Source: Epiperipatus broadwayi
Lineage: Eukaryota > Animalia > Onychophora
DNA: 64,000 nt
Assembly (NCBI GenBank): GCA_028023455.1
Contig: JAQFVV010000006.1
Location: 11,408,001 to 11,472,000, forward strand
Direction of reading: 5' to 3'
How positions within the stretch are numbered: the first letter of the stretch is position 1; every line of letters begins with the position of its first letter. The position numbers and the translations under genes are program-made. Shown piece by piece: positions 50,751 to 64,000 of the stretch. Under the pieces are notes generated by a model. The model ran no database searches. It saw only the letters and a list, made by a program, of their open reading frames with translations, and was not told the origin of the DNA.

Positions 50751-51982
50751 AACAAAATGTTTGAGACATTATATACTTTTTAAAAAATGATAAAATACTA
50801 ATTTTTAACAATTAATTAATTAAATATGTGCATCTGTCACGGCATAAAACAATTATCAGCTTCGCAGTTGACAATGTATTTAATGGTTCTGGTTGCACTT
50901 TTGCATTGTGCAGTGAATGTACTTGATGATAAATTTTTAATTGACATATTTATTATCCTGCATTTTTAAGAAAGGCACTGTGTCACCCTACCTATTGATT
51001 GACAAAATCGTCTCAATGATGTAGAACCAATTTTCACCTGTAGAAGCTATAGCTGTTCTTCCATATACAACTATCTAATCTACAATAACACAGAATTAGA
51101 TACCATTACCTTTTTTTTTTAATTCAGGCGGTTACTCCAAAATTTGTCAGTCTACCAATGTACCATGTTTGAAGCTTTGCATTCCTATACTCGATCAATA
51201 TCCTGCAAGGTTTATGGTAGAGGGATTGACTTAGAACTAACAATCCCTGAACCCAAACTCACTGTTACTTTTGGTGCTTGAACATCAAATTCTTTCAAGC
51301 TATGAACCATTCAATTATGTTAGATTATTAACTTCGTAAGACGAGTCATTAATGAATATGTTTTCCCCTGAACATTTTAAAGCGGTAAACTTTTTTTTCA
51401 ATATCAACAATTTTTATTACATATGTTCTACCATTTACTAAGATTTTCTTTTTTACTCTAGCTTTTTTTCTTTCTTTCTTAGCTTAACGTGCTCTGTGTA
51501 AAAAAATAACCAGTACGGCCTCCATAACTTTGGCAACTTCTGCTTTTTTAGCATATGAAGTTTTACTTTATGTTTAGAATTGATCCAGAAATCTTTAAGA
51601 CTCACTCCAATAAATATCATTTTTCTTCCTCTTTGGGAAGATTATCTTCCTGAATTTTTTGTTTTATATTTCCCCTAACAAATTAAGTGCAAATGACCAA
51701 CGAGTTACTGTGGAGTGTTCAGTTTGGAAATAAATAAAACTGTGTTTAAAAAAATGTATGAAAAAGATCAGTGCCATTCAATGCAGACTTTTAAGTCTCC
51801 CCTCAGATTTTTTTCTCTCATTCACTCCTTTTTTTAACCTTATTGTCTTCAGTCACTTAGGTCACTAGAGGGCCCTATTGTCATAAAACTCTCATGCTAT
51901 CAATTATCTCCATGCAAGAATTAAGATAATAGTTATGCGATTATATGCACAGCCATTTTTGATTCCTAATTTTATTTTTCTA

Positions 51983-52490
51983 TATATAGACAGGTATGTA
52001 ATAATCCTGTGTTTCAGTTATTACATTGTAGAGATGTCTTCCCCATCCTTGCATATGTATTTAATGAATTATGTTCTGTAGATGTGGGGTTCAGATTGAC
52101 CTTAGGTCAACATGGGTGTGACAAGAATCTCGGCCTCAGGGTGGCCCTCAAGCATTCCATCATCAGATTTTCAATTGGATGGACGGTTGAAGAGTTGGAG
52201 TGTGTAGTATATCGGAGCCTGTCCATTAAAGTATGAAGATTGTCTATCTTAATATATATTTGAGCTCTTATAGTATATATGTACGAAGATGATAGTCTGG
52301 ACCAACTGATGATTGCTGGTTTAGCATGAAATGCGTATATTGGTGATTATCTATCTTTTCAGCATATATGTGCTTGAGTGTATCGGTGTTATTAGATAGA
52401 GTGGAGAGTGTTGGGTCATGTGAAAGTCTGTGCTCATATACCCTATATTACATATATAGACACAGGTATGTAATAAGCCTGTGTTTCAGT
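51983..52490 (+). mobile_element. Family D (subfamily 2) monomer with direct terminal redundancy
   Basis: caggtatgtaataa.cctgtgtttcagtt occurs at 51991 and 52463 (472-nt period). Confidence 0.8.
52301..52344 (+). ncRNA. Type I minimal hammerhead (family D2)
   Basis: ACCAA-CUGAUGA-UUGCU-GGUUU-AGCAU-GAAAU-GCGU-AUA-UUGGU. Confidence 0.7.
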
Positions 52491-53870
52491 TTTCTATATA
52501 CTAGTATGTTTGAGAAGCATTAAAACATCACGACTCCAGATTACACATTGCTGTTTCAACAAATATTTTTTTTCTTCAACCACAGTTATGTATAGAAAAG
52601 CACCGGATATGGATTTATTCAGTACTATTATCTGGCATTTATTAGTTACCGAAGCTTACAGTAGATGGCGTAGTTGTGGTAAAGAAAAAAGTGTAGATGA
52701 GAATATAAATACAACTTTTTTTTTTGTCTTTTTTATTTTTGGCATGTGATGGTTATCATACAGAAAGATGACTTCCTTCACTTTCAAATCGGTCACTCCC
52801 CAATGAGATCTTTTGCTCCTATGACAGATATTAAAAACTAGAGTCTGTAAGCTAGACAACATGTATGTAATCATCATTTTATTACTGTTAATAAAGAAAT
52901 CAGAATAAGTTTACACTAAAATAGGAAGAATAAATGTAAAAAAAAGTTAATTGCTATTACCAGACACACTTGACCTAAAAGAGTGGCTGTAAATTTTTCT
53001 TTATAATTACTAGCCAATTATCCATTCTATTTTATATTTACATTTGTAAATGAACAAATTAATCATATACACACACAAAAAAAAAAAATCAGTAAAGTAG
53101 ATTAACGGTGAGCACGTGTCCTTAGGCAACCGCAAAAACCACTAAGTAATTCTTAAAAGCAAATACTAATTTCCTTACAATTCCACAACATTTGTAAATG
53201 TCTATTTTGTCAAATTCCTCAACCCAGTAACAGTTATAGTTATAAAAATAAAATTAAATAATGCCCCCAATTAAATCAAAGAACCTGTAGAATGTTGAAA
53301 ACTATTATACAATAATTTAAATTTGAAGGGAAAAGTAAGATTGATTGAAAGGACTATTTCGCAAAGACACTTCTTCAACAGACGTAATTAAGTTTATCTT
53401 TAACTTAAAAAAAAAATATTGATAAGATCGTGTTATATATACATTTTTAAAAACTTTATTATAAAAAAATTTATGATAAAGTTTTTTTTTTAGAGACATA
53501 TCTTTTAAAAAACAAAAAAACCATAAAAACTGTTCAACGTATGGTGTTGTTTGAGACACCATCTGAATTAGAATGATAGCCCTGTGTGGTTTAGCACAAT
53601 GGTTGAATGTCATCTAAGTCGCACAAGGGGATCAATTCCAGTTCAGGGTGCTTCCGTCGCTTTAACTCCTTATGAATGCTCAATCAATAAAGCCATTCGA
53701 ACATATATAATAATCCATATATATTTAATAACTGAAACACAGACTTATTATATACCTGTGTCTATATATGTAATATATAGGGTATATGAGCACAGACTTT
53801 CACACGACCCACCACTCTCCACCCTATCTCATAACCCTGATACACATATATGTCGAAAAGATAAATAATC

Positions 53871-53914
53871 ACCAATATACGTATTTCATGCTAAACCAGC
53901 AATCATCAGTTGGT
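53871..53914 (-). ncRNA. Type I minimal hammerhead (family D2)
   Basis: ACCAA-CUGAUGA-UUGCU-GGUUU-AGCAU-GAAAU-ACGU-AUA-UUGGU. Confidence 0.75.
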
Positions 53915-54078
53915 CCAGATTACCATCTCTACACATATATGCTATAGGTGCTCAAATATATATATATTAAGATAGCCAATCTTCATATTTTAATGGACAG
54001 GCTTCAATCCATTCCACACTCTAACTCTTCAACTGTCCATCCAAATGAATATATATATATGCAGAGATGGTAATCTGG

Positions 54079-54122
54079 ATCAACTGATGATTGCTGTTTT
54101 AGCATGAAATACAGATATTGGT
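54079..54122 (+). ncRNA. Type I minimal hammerhead (family D2)
   Basis: AUCAA-CUGAUGA-UUGCU-GUUUU-AGCAU-GAAAU-ACAG-AUA-UUGGU. Confidence 0.6.
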
Positions 54123-56924
54123 GATTATTTATCTTTTCGTGTTATGAGATAGAGTGGAGAGTGGTGGGTCATGTGAAAGTCTGTGCTCATATACCCCATA
54201 CATTACATATATTGATACAGCTCATATACCCTATACATTACATATATTGATACAGGTATGTAATAAGCCTGTTTCAGCTATTTCATAGTAGAGATGTCTG
54301 CCCAACCCTCGCATATGTATTAAATGGATTATGCCCTGTACACGAGGGATCAGATTGACTTTAGGCCAACATGAGTGTGACGAGAATCTCGGCCTCAGGG
54401 TGGTCTTTGAGCGTTCCATCATCAGATTTTCAATTGGACAGACAGTTGAAGAGTTGGGGTGTATTGAAGCTTGTCCATTAAAGTATGAAGATTGGCTATC
54501 TTAATATATATCTGGGCACTTATTGCTTATATATGTAGAGATGATAATCTAGATGAACTGATGATTGCTGGTTTAGAATGAAATACGATTGTTGGTGATT
54601 ATTTCTTTTCGACATATATGAGTGGAGAGTGGTGGGTCATGTGAGTCTGTGCTCATATAAACTATATATATATTTTTAAAAAATTATCATCTCCTACACA
54701 CACTTTAATGCAATCTTTTTTATATATAATTCCTTTATTTTGCTTAAAGTTTCCATATGGATTTATTGCCTGAGAGTTCATAAGAAGTGAGAGTAATCCT
54801 GGAACCTCAAGATCTCAAGTTTCCAACTGTGTTGAATCATGCAGGGCATTCGAGTATTTTATTTCTTTGACATGAAAGATAGCTAACAGACCTGCAGAAA
54901 AATAATTGGAAATGGCCGTGAGCGCATACTAAATCAGCACCGGAAAAATATATATATTGATAAATTTTCAGCTGTTATTTAATCCAGTGATTTGAGTGCC
55001 AAACCTGGAGTATAAGATCCTTGGATTCATTCTGGTTCTGACACTTCAGGTGCTTGAACTTCTTACGAACTCTCGAGCAATAAAGCTATTTGATTATCTA
55101 TTTTGATCATCTCATGAGACAATCTAATTTGTAAGAAAACAGTATAATCTCATAAAGATCGGATCATTAGCACTGAAGTCGATGAACTCCATCACCATAA
55201 TAATATACGTGCCTTTGAGATGGTGCCAAAACCTGATATACCATTGTTAAGAAATTCATATAATCACCAAGAACTGGTGCCGACTGACAGTGACTAGTAT
55301 ACCATTAAACAGTTATTTATAGTGAAAGTTCACAAAAAAATTTGTAACCATGAACATCACAAAAAATGATGGTGAACTTATGAGGATATACCATGATTAT
55401 ATCTCTGTAGTATAAATTTCACTACACGACTTTCACATAAGGTAAGAACTGGTTTCTATCCACTTTTAACACCTTGTAGAGGGGTGTAATCATAAACATA
55501 TAACCAAAGACATGCGGAAAAGACGTATAATCCCAAAGATGTTCATTTTGTGTTGAACAAGCACTTGTCAGTTGTCTAAGACCATCTTAGGGATCACACA
55601 ATTTCATATCTTTGATCATATTTATACGATTACATCCCTTCAGAAAATATTAAAAGCTGATAAAAACTAATGTAGTTTGCATGAGAGCAGTGTAGAGAAA
55701 ATTGTATTACAAAAATATTATTTATTTAAGATGATAATAAAAATGCTAATGTAAAATAATCTCTAGTCTGGACTACACTTTCTGTAAACAAATAATTTTT
55801 TACACAAAAGCCTGTTATGTGAAATTTATATCTACATATATAAATCCACGATAACCTCAATTATACCAAATTGAAAACTGTGATGACATCAAGATTTTAT
55901 AAGTATCGCAGTTCTTCCCATACAACCTTTAGTACCAAGTCTTCCTGTGGGTATCTGGAATTACAATAGCAAACACTATCTATGTAGTTACTAAATAGAA
56001 AAAAAAAGTACTTACAGTGCAATTTAAATTTTAAAATGGTACATATAAAGTAAGCGTGCTGATAGTGCAATAAGTGTCCAACCAAAAAAGTGACCAATTG
56101 AGAGATTATTTATAAAGGCAATCATCAGGTAGTGTGTATGTCTAAAATTTTCAAATTTATAAATTTTTAATGTTTTCAAGCCATGGCCACGAAATCCACA
56201 AACACGGCTTTGCCAGCATTATGTCTTATAAAGTCATTTCTAATAAGATATAAAACTTTATTTCTAGAATTTTATAAGTAATTTCAATTGCAAGTCTGGC
56301 TTTGCCAGCATTCTGATCTAAAAAATAAGCCACCTAGGAGTCAAGATCTTGTGCAGAGTGGTTAGTGTTATCACTCAAGTCCTCAGCCAATATAGCTAAT
56401 GATCTGTGATTCATAGTAAATGGATATCCAGACATTTTTCGTTAAGATGATAAAATGAGGTTGGAAATGCTCTCATCTTCAGCCAATGGCAAGCTTAGTG
56501 AGTCATGCCTTTATTATTGCTTCCTCACCAAGGGATGTTATTAAAGAGATTTCCCATGGGGATTTTTTAAAGGTTTATCTCTTATAACATGGATTTCACT
56601 ACTGATGAGAGAGATGCCGTAATGCTGTTGGCATCATATTTTCTCAAGTTTATTTACATAGCCTGTAGGATTTATAAGTTTTAATAAATAAAAATTTGCA
56701 AATATGGAATAAAGTTTTAAATGTTTGTTGTTTGTGGCCTGTATAGCTCAGTCATATTTAAATTCAGCCTTTTATGCAATCATATCAGAATTTCTGAAGT
56801 GAAGTCAGCCTTGGAATATTCTGTGCTTGAATGTCACACGACCTCGCAAGTAACAAATCATTACTTAACTTTATAGCTAAGACAGTATGTAATTTTCCCA
56901 TACTGAATGTTTCTTATATATGTA

Positions 56925-57595
56925 AATAGATATTTGAACTCAGGATTTTTTAAGTCTATTCATCCTCCACTCTATCTCAAGCAACCGATACACATGACCA
57001 CGTATATGTGAAAAAGATACATGATCACCAATATACGTATTTCATGCAGAACCAGCACTTATCAGCAGGACCAGATCATAATCTCCAACACATATACACC
57101 ATCAGTGCTTCCGTTTATATTAAGATAGCAATTCCTCAAACTTTAATGGACAGGCTTCAATCTACTCACCCTTCCAACTATTCAACAGTCCACTTCACTG
57201 AAAAACCAATGATGGATCACTCAAATCCAATGGACAGGCTTCAATCTTCTCGCCCTTCCTACTATTCAACAATTCATTTCATTGAAAAAACCTACGATGG
57301 AAGTTTAAACCAAACAATGATGGTGTATATGTTGGGAGATTATCTGTATTCAACTACGATTTTATTGAAAAAAACCTACAACGGAAGTTTTGAGGAATAA
57401 CTATCATATAAACCAAACACTGATGTTATATATGTGTGGGAGTGGCATGACTGATGAGTGCTGGTTCTCTACAAAATATGTATATTGGGGATCATGTATA
57501 TTTTTCGTATGTGTGTGATCATGTGTATCAATTGCTTGAGATAGATAGAGTGGAGGATGAATAGACTGAAAAAATCCTTAGTTTTTAATCCCTCT
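56925..57595. mobile_element. Family D fold-back copy (hammerheads decayed)
   Basis: Antisense arm about 56925-57300 and sense arm about 57410-57595; cores are CUGAUAA (G8A) and CAAAA (G12A). Confidence 0.7.
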
Positions 57596-57609
57596 ACTTA
57601 TCTTTATAT

Positions 57610-57844
57610 CATATAATACTAAATTGTCCAAGCACTTTACTACTGATACACAATGGTTTATTTACAATCCTTTTTTACAGTTTACAGTTCAATCTTCTTC
57701 AGAACTTTGTATCTCCTAACCTCAACTACTAAAATCAAATTTTACAAATTTACCATAGAATTTACCAATAAACTGTAAAAAAAGGGTGGTAAATAAAGCA
57801 TTGTGTAACAGTAGTAAAGTGCTTGGACAATTTAGTATTATATG
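57610..57844. mobile_element. 235-bp MITE with long perfect TIRs
   Basis: catataatactaaattgtccaagcactttactactg (57610-57645) is the exact reverse complement of 57809-57844; imperfect pairing continues inward. Confidence 0.75.
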
Positions 57845-57889
57845 CTACACATTTGACAATGCAATAAGAAAGAGTAGCTATTATCTCTA

Positions 57890-58064
57890 TATTCTTAACA
57901 GTTTTATAGTAATATCTGTCTCTCAACCTTGAAACAGATATCTGGATATTTCAAGATGATCTCAACATCCCTCTACTTATCTTCATATTCTTAACAGTTT
58001 TATAGTAATATCAGCCTTTCAACCTTGAAACAGATATCCCGGATATTTCCAAGATGATCTCAAC
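57890..58064. repeat. Two tandem 96-bp units
   Basis: tattcttaacagttttatagtaatatc...caagatgatctcaac occurs at 57890 and 57986. Confidence 0.8.
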
Positions 58065-61000
58065 TATCAGAGATTAAACGGTGTATATGCGCGCATGTAA
58101 TTTCAATTACTTTTATCTAACTATTGTGAGAAAAAAAAATCGAATAGCTTTTTTTTAAATATAAAATATATTAAATTCAAATGTAAAACTTTCTCATTGT
58201 GTGTATGCAGTCTATAGAACTTAAGTTTTAGTTCTTAGGGGTGAATAATTTATTTACAGAATACAATTTTATATATTAACATAATTTTTAAAAAAGCGAG
58301 TGTAAAATTATGAAAAAAGCAAAAACAAATCCTTTCTCATTTCCTTACCATGGAACAAGAAGTAATTCAAAAATTTTAGGTGCACAACCGCAAATTATCT
58401 CCAAACATAATCAAATATTTATTCAGCAAAAATCTTTCAAACAGATACACCACGCAAAATATACGTGTCAATGTCCAAATATTTATAGAACGAAGGGAGT
58501 GGGAGATTGTAAATTTAAAATACTATCGCTAAAAGATCGAAATTGATTAAAACCAATAGTTATTTAAAAATAATAAATATAACGGTAATAAACTATTATA
58601 TAGTCTTTAAATCCACAAAAGTACTTTCGGTTAATTTCTTAAACCTGCCTCAACTGCCATTAAATTATATTTTGTTCCAATTAACAGACATTTTATTTAT
58701 ATTAGTTATTATTTAATATAATAGTTTTTAAACACAAATTAGTTAAAAAGCCTGTCTATAATGCTTTCATTTGAGTAGCGAGATGATTAACCTAAAAATC
58801 AATAATACAATATATATATTATTGTGAGGAAAAGCAACACCTGGAAATTTAAATTATTTTGCTATTTATTGTCTAAATGTGACATTTTTTATTTTAAAAA
58901 ATAATAATGGAAATGTTTTATTGTTAATAACTTAAGGCAGGAAAAAAAATAACAACTGAATTTATAAATATCATATATAGAAAAAAATGACAAAAAAAAT
59001 AATACGACCTGATATGCAAATCTCACCTATATTAACATTATTATCATAGGTTAAAAGTTGCTCATAAACAAACTCCCGAAACAAAGGAGATGGAATAAAA
59101 AATTTTGGAGGAAAACATCGCAATTAGAAATGCTGGTGGGTATAATTAGATGAATGGAAACGCAAGTACACAACAGGCATTCCCCTCGTTACAATAATTC
59201 AATGGTTGGTCATTAGATCACGTGCGTTCGATCATCATAAAGTGCTTGACTGAGCTCGAATCAGTTATTCTTTATTAATATATTAAACAACCACCACACC
59301 CCCTGCATATTCTTTTCAAATCATTTGAATAAAGATACAATAAAAGACAAATTATCCCCAAGATGTATTTTGTGCTGAACAAGCACTCGTCAGTCGGCCC
59401 AATATTATTGTGCTCAATTGCATATGGCTAAAGTAATTGAAGAATTAGATGCTGTTTAAGTCATGTGACTTTCACAAACACCGGAGGTGTCAGGATGAAC
59501 TTAGATTCAGAAAATTTCAGCAGTATTCCATCTAGTGCCAATTGGTCACTCAAACTTACAGTCAATGGCTCTGCAGAGGGTGAAAAGAACCGCTTTAATT
59601 GAACATCTAATAAAGTTGACATAAAACCTCTAAGATATAGAGAAACTGATCTGACCTTACATCTATATAACTATGCAAATGAGTTAGTAGGGGTTCAAAA
59701 CTTAAGGTTTGTTTTTTAAATTTCAAGCAATTGACCTGAATATTATAAAAAAGGTTTATCATAAGGACACTAGTTCCAGAGTTGAATCCTAATTCTCAGG
59801 GATGGATGCAAAAGCCAGAAATTAATCTGAATATTGGAGTATTGTATTAGTATAGCATTTTGTGTCCAATGATTACTCAATCTTGTAATAGATGTCTCTT
59901 AAGTAGTGTGTGCAAATCTGCTTTTAGAAGCATATAAAAAAAAGAAATAATGTACTATTATTGTTAATAATACTTACACCTACGATATCTTGAGACTAAG
60001 GATGAGATGTCTACAGGCCACATAGCCCACAATGATGATTTATGCAGCTGCTTATCATGCGCACACACACACACATGATGCTGAAACCATCATCTTAAAA
60101 TTGCTCAAAATAAGATTTTAAAAGCTTTATTTCATAAAAATTTGTTGAAAATAGAAATTGTTTTACAGCATGATCACAATACTTTCTTCTATTATGAGTA
60201 CTTCATGTATCATAAAATAAAACATTTTTTACATGCAGCCAGTAGTCAGAAAAGTTTGCCAATTCTTGTCTTAAAGTATATTGATAAAGTTTCATTTATT
60301 CTTTTCTATTACTCAAAGTTATTTATTTACATGACGGTAGTGAATTATAATAACTTAGCTATTAACTGAGAAAAAAAGACTGCCGATTCTTCATTGAGGT
60401 TTTAAAGGAATTAAACAGGACCAATTCATTATTCTCTTTTCGGTATGTTATTGTCATTAGCCAAGATATGCGTTCATTAAAATCAGGTGCAAATTTTAAA
60501 AAACCCACAAAAGTTACAAGTTATAAATGACAGCAAGTAAAACCAAGTCGTATATCACGCGACTTAATAAGCTTGTATTACAAATGTAATATAATTTAAC
60601 GGTCATTGCAGGAGTCTTACCGTATCTTCCAAACGCGGGCGCCATCTAGGCATTTGAACCTAGAAAAATTTATATAGTAGGCAGATACGTAAGTTAAGCT
60701 TCAAAAAAAAAAATTTATATATATTATTCAGACCGTTTGCCCAATGTCACTAGCTCATAGAGTAGCAGAGATTTTAAACATTTTTATATTTTTCTTAGCC
60801 TCTTATCATCAAATCTTGGGATTCAACGAGCAAGACGTCACTAATCCTTTCGTGTTTCAGTTATGGTCCGTGCTGTCATTTTCGTGCTTGCATTGGTCAT
60901 ATAATTTCTTTGTATTCTCTTACCATTTAATTTATTTTAAGTGACTCAAGGGCTAGTTTGTTTTCGAACAATCATTTAATTAATAAGACAATCATTTCCA

Positions 61001-61829
61001 TTTTCTAAGATTATAGAAATCAACATTATTTCTATTTTCAAAAATATCAAATCTTTATATCTTTACTTTTTTACAAAAAAATTACTTTCAAATATTTTTA
61101 TTTTTTTTTAAAGTTTTTAAAGTTGTCCATCATGTGATCTATATATATTAAACAACTTTTAATTTTCAGTTTTTAAGTTTTTTTTCTTTTTAATAAATCA
61201 ATTTTTATTTACGATCTTTTTATTTTCATTTTAAAATAATGTAACGGAATATTATATTCCGTTACAATAATGAGTACGAAAATAGCTCTAAATAAGCTTT
61301 TATAATAAATGCCACCAAAGAAAGCGTGTAAAAATCTCTATATAGAATTACCCCTATCCCCAAACTGAATGAAAAAATACAATATTGGTATTGCCATTGA
61401 AATGAAACGAAAAAGATATTAGAAATTACTCGTTTGTAATTTATTTATCAGTTACATATAATGTACAAAAAATCATCCTGCTATATATATATAAAGCTTA
61501 CTATTGGTTAAAAGGATATTCACTGATTCCTCTCTATGGATATAAAAGGCCGTTATGGCAGCAGTTAATATCAATCATTATTCACATGATATACATATGC
61601 GGACGTTGTTCTCCAACAAGCATAGTGGCTTAATTAACTTTTATCACCAAATTTAAGATTAAAAGAAAACAACTACCATTTTTTCCTCAGATGTTACATC
61701 ACATGAACTTAGTTTCCATTACGCTTTTTGCAGGCAAACTCAACAAGTTAAATGAGCCCTCTTTAAATGAAGTCAAAAGTTTCTGAGCATAGCTATATGA
61801 CCAGAAACTCTGTGAGCCAAATTAAAAAT

Positions 61830-62880
61830 TCCCTCCCTCCAAAACCCTAATATATCCAAAAAAATTCATCTTATTCTTCATGATTCGATTATGCCCTGGC
61901 CCTCATTCATTCTTTTTCCTCTCCTACCATATTTTAATAACAACCCATCTATTTATCTATCTTCTCATAACTTAGGCTCTTTAATGAATCATAATTTACT
62001 TATCAACCCTCTTCCACTCAAAGTTTTTATTATAAATATACGAAGAGGGCAAGTATTCCTCTAGCCTCACATTCTCCTCTTTCTATATTTAACATATATA
62101 TATATTCTTTCTTATTTATCTTCCTCACATATCTTCAAAAAATTTCATAAATCTCCATTTCAGCACTGCTCATTTCCTCCCTTAACTTCTTATGTTCATT
62201 TCCATATTAATTTTATTTTAGTTATTTCACAACTCATTTCCTCCCTTAACTTCTGATGTTCATTTCCATCTTAATTTTATTCTAATTATTTCATAGCTCA
62301 TTTTCTCCCTTAGCTTCTTATGTTCATTTCCATCTTAAATTTTATTCTAGTTATTTCACTTTGCCTTATATAGTTATCCCATCTAATCCCTGCTTCCTCT
62401 TCTCCCATTTGGTTTTTTTTACAGCCTTTTTGTAATTCCTACATGCCATTCTTCTTTCAATTATCTCATTCACAATCTTTTTCAACATATCCATCCATTC
62501 TTCATAACTCTCAAACTCAATATACCTTCCTTAAATATTTTAAAGATACTATTAAACTTAATCTCATCATGTAATTCCCATTCATCCATGCCAATCACTC
62601 TATTAAATATCATTATTTAGCCCCATAGAAGTCTCTAATGCTACCAAAATAAAGTTAGATAACAACCACATGTTTTTCTTCTTCACCAAACACTTTCATT
62701 TTGTCTTTTCTAATTCCTTTTTACCCATTAACATTATTCTGTCTTAACTATGTAAACTCCCCATCATGGACTTTACTCAAATTCCAATCTTTCAATCCAC
62801 CTATCATTTTTAATATTTCTCTAATCCATATTCTCCACCCAATTAATTTACTCATACTATGTCAATTCTGCCATGTAAAA
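61830..62880 (-). mobile_element. Decayed LINE-like coding remnant with internal 64-bp tandem repeat
   Basis: Purine-rich minus strand with broken K/E-rich frames; ctcattt.ctccctta.cttc recurs at 62169, 62233 and 62297. Confidence 0.35.
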
Positions 62881-64000
62881 TAGGCTTGAGTAACTAACAT
62901 ATGCATGACAGGACTGCTTATTAAATTTCTACCCAGTGCCTTACTTCAATGATAAAAGTCATAAATTAGAAACTAATCTGGGGTTATAGATAAAACAGTA
63001 TTGGATAAAAATTTAATAAGTATTACTATCTAGCATCTATTGGTTGAGCAAGCTTCCAGTAGGTGGCAGGTCTAAAATAGTAAAAATATGAGCTCATACC
63101 TGAAGTATTAGCATAACTTTTGTGAAGGCAGGATGTATATGAATGTAAAAACAACAATAACATTATGACATCTTTTGAAGTACCAAAAGGTGACACACAA
63201 ACCTGGAAAAGCTCTAAACAATGATTAATCATTAAAAATACTCCAAAAAAAGTGACGAAACAAATCATTGACAAACCTATATGCCAATGCATAACTGATA
63301 AAAATATGTCCGATAATTGAAAAAATAAAATAAGGATATTCATATTTTAAGAGTAAAAAAAAGTGTAACAATTAGACTTCTCAACCATCGAAAGAACGAG
63401 TCATATTTAAAAGTCAATTTTGTTTTACCAAATACCATTATATATATTATATCAATGTTTTACCATGTCGTTGCAGCTATTATTACTATGTGATTATTCA
63501 TATAGTATACGAACATGGATGGGCTGCTTACCAACACGCATTAGCCAGCGTGGTAAGTTTATTGTCTTGTTACCTCGAGTTTAAGATCAAGAAACACCAT
63601 GGTCTTTCTTCTCAGTTGCCTGATAAGGCAGAATGAATGTATTTGTAAATGATAAATATTTTTCCAGTAGATATATACAATCATGACAGACAAAAATAAA
63701 TCATGGCCCTTATTCCCAAGAAGCTGTAAAGTCATCAACCAAGGCAGCAGTTGGTGGCTGAAGGCAGAAGATGCTAAGAATTCCCTGATTGTGGAGCCAG
63801 GCTGCCATTTAATGAAGACTTTTTATTTGTGTATTTACAACTGCAGATCATTTTCAAGTGAAGGAAGATTAATAATGCGCTGACGCGTTGTGGTGAAACT
63901 TTTTATGTAATAATTTGTAGGTTTTCGTATATAGATTCTGATTTACAGACTTAGCACTTTCAGAGCCCTTGTTGCTCCATATTCATAGTCTTTTCAGATT

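Larger units (their letters stand above)
53730..54720. mobile_element. Family D2 fold-back plus tandem copy with three hammerhead motifs
   Basis: Antisense arm 53730-54050 and sense arm 54055-54720 (more than one monomer); motifs at 53871-53914 (-), 54079-54122 (+) and a damaged one near 54553-54597 (+). Confidence 0.8.

Noticed and set aside
56602-56640. CTGATGA followed by a GATGCC/GGCATC hairpin
   Set aside because: No GAAA after the stem; likely chance.
1-64000. CRISPR array or prokaryotic operon
   Set aside because: No short direct repeats with unique spacers and no long ORFs; the content (spliceosomal exon, LINEs, SINEs) is eukaryotic.
1-64000. Autonomous Penelope-like element (RT plus GIY-YIG) as the local mobiliser
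   Set aside because: All RT remnants seen are RTE, Ingi/Vingi-like or L2/CR1-like; no PLE coding sequence was recognised, so the partner must lie elsewhere and its identity is inferred.

Overview
AT-rich, repeat-dominated animal (invertebrate-type) genomic DNA; the taxon cannot be fixed from sequence alone. There is no prokaryotic operon or CRISPR array. Only one host coding exon could be supported: a 203-nt minus-strand exon (17361-17563) of a Spinster/SPNS-type MFS transporter, so most of the window is probably large introns or flanking DNA. It contains decayed non-LTR retrotransposons (RTE, Ingi/Vingi-like, an L2/CR1-group-like 3' part), tRNA-derived SINE heads, small MITE/fold-back elements and short tandem duplications. 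The main finding is a dense set of short non-coding repeat families (my labels A-D, plus decayed relatives), each carrying a minimal type I hammerhead ribozyme; families A, C and D have a palindromic stem III. Families A and D occur as head-to-tail monomers of about 444 and 472-477 nt. Families A, C and D mostly insert as fold-back structures whose inverted arm stops short of a 50-60 nt 3' tail, and two insertions have 10-16 bp target-site duplications. This fits non-autonomous Penelope-like elements or non-LTR retrozymes, a known class, but these families, their core variants and a CpG-decay signature in the catalytic core merit follow-up. No autonomous Penelope RT/GIY-YIG ORF was seen. Repeat boundaries were set by eye and are approximate except where exact motifs are quoted.
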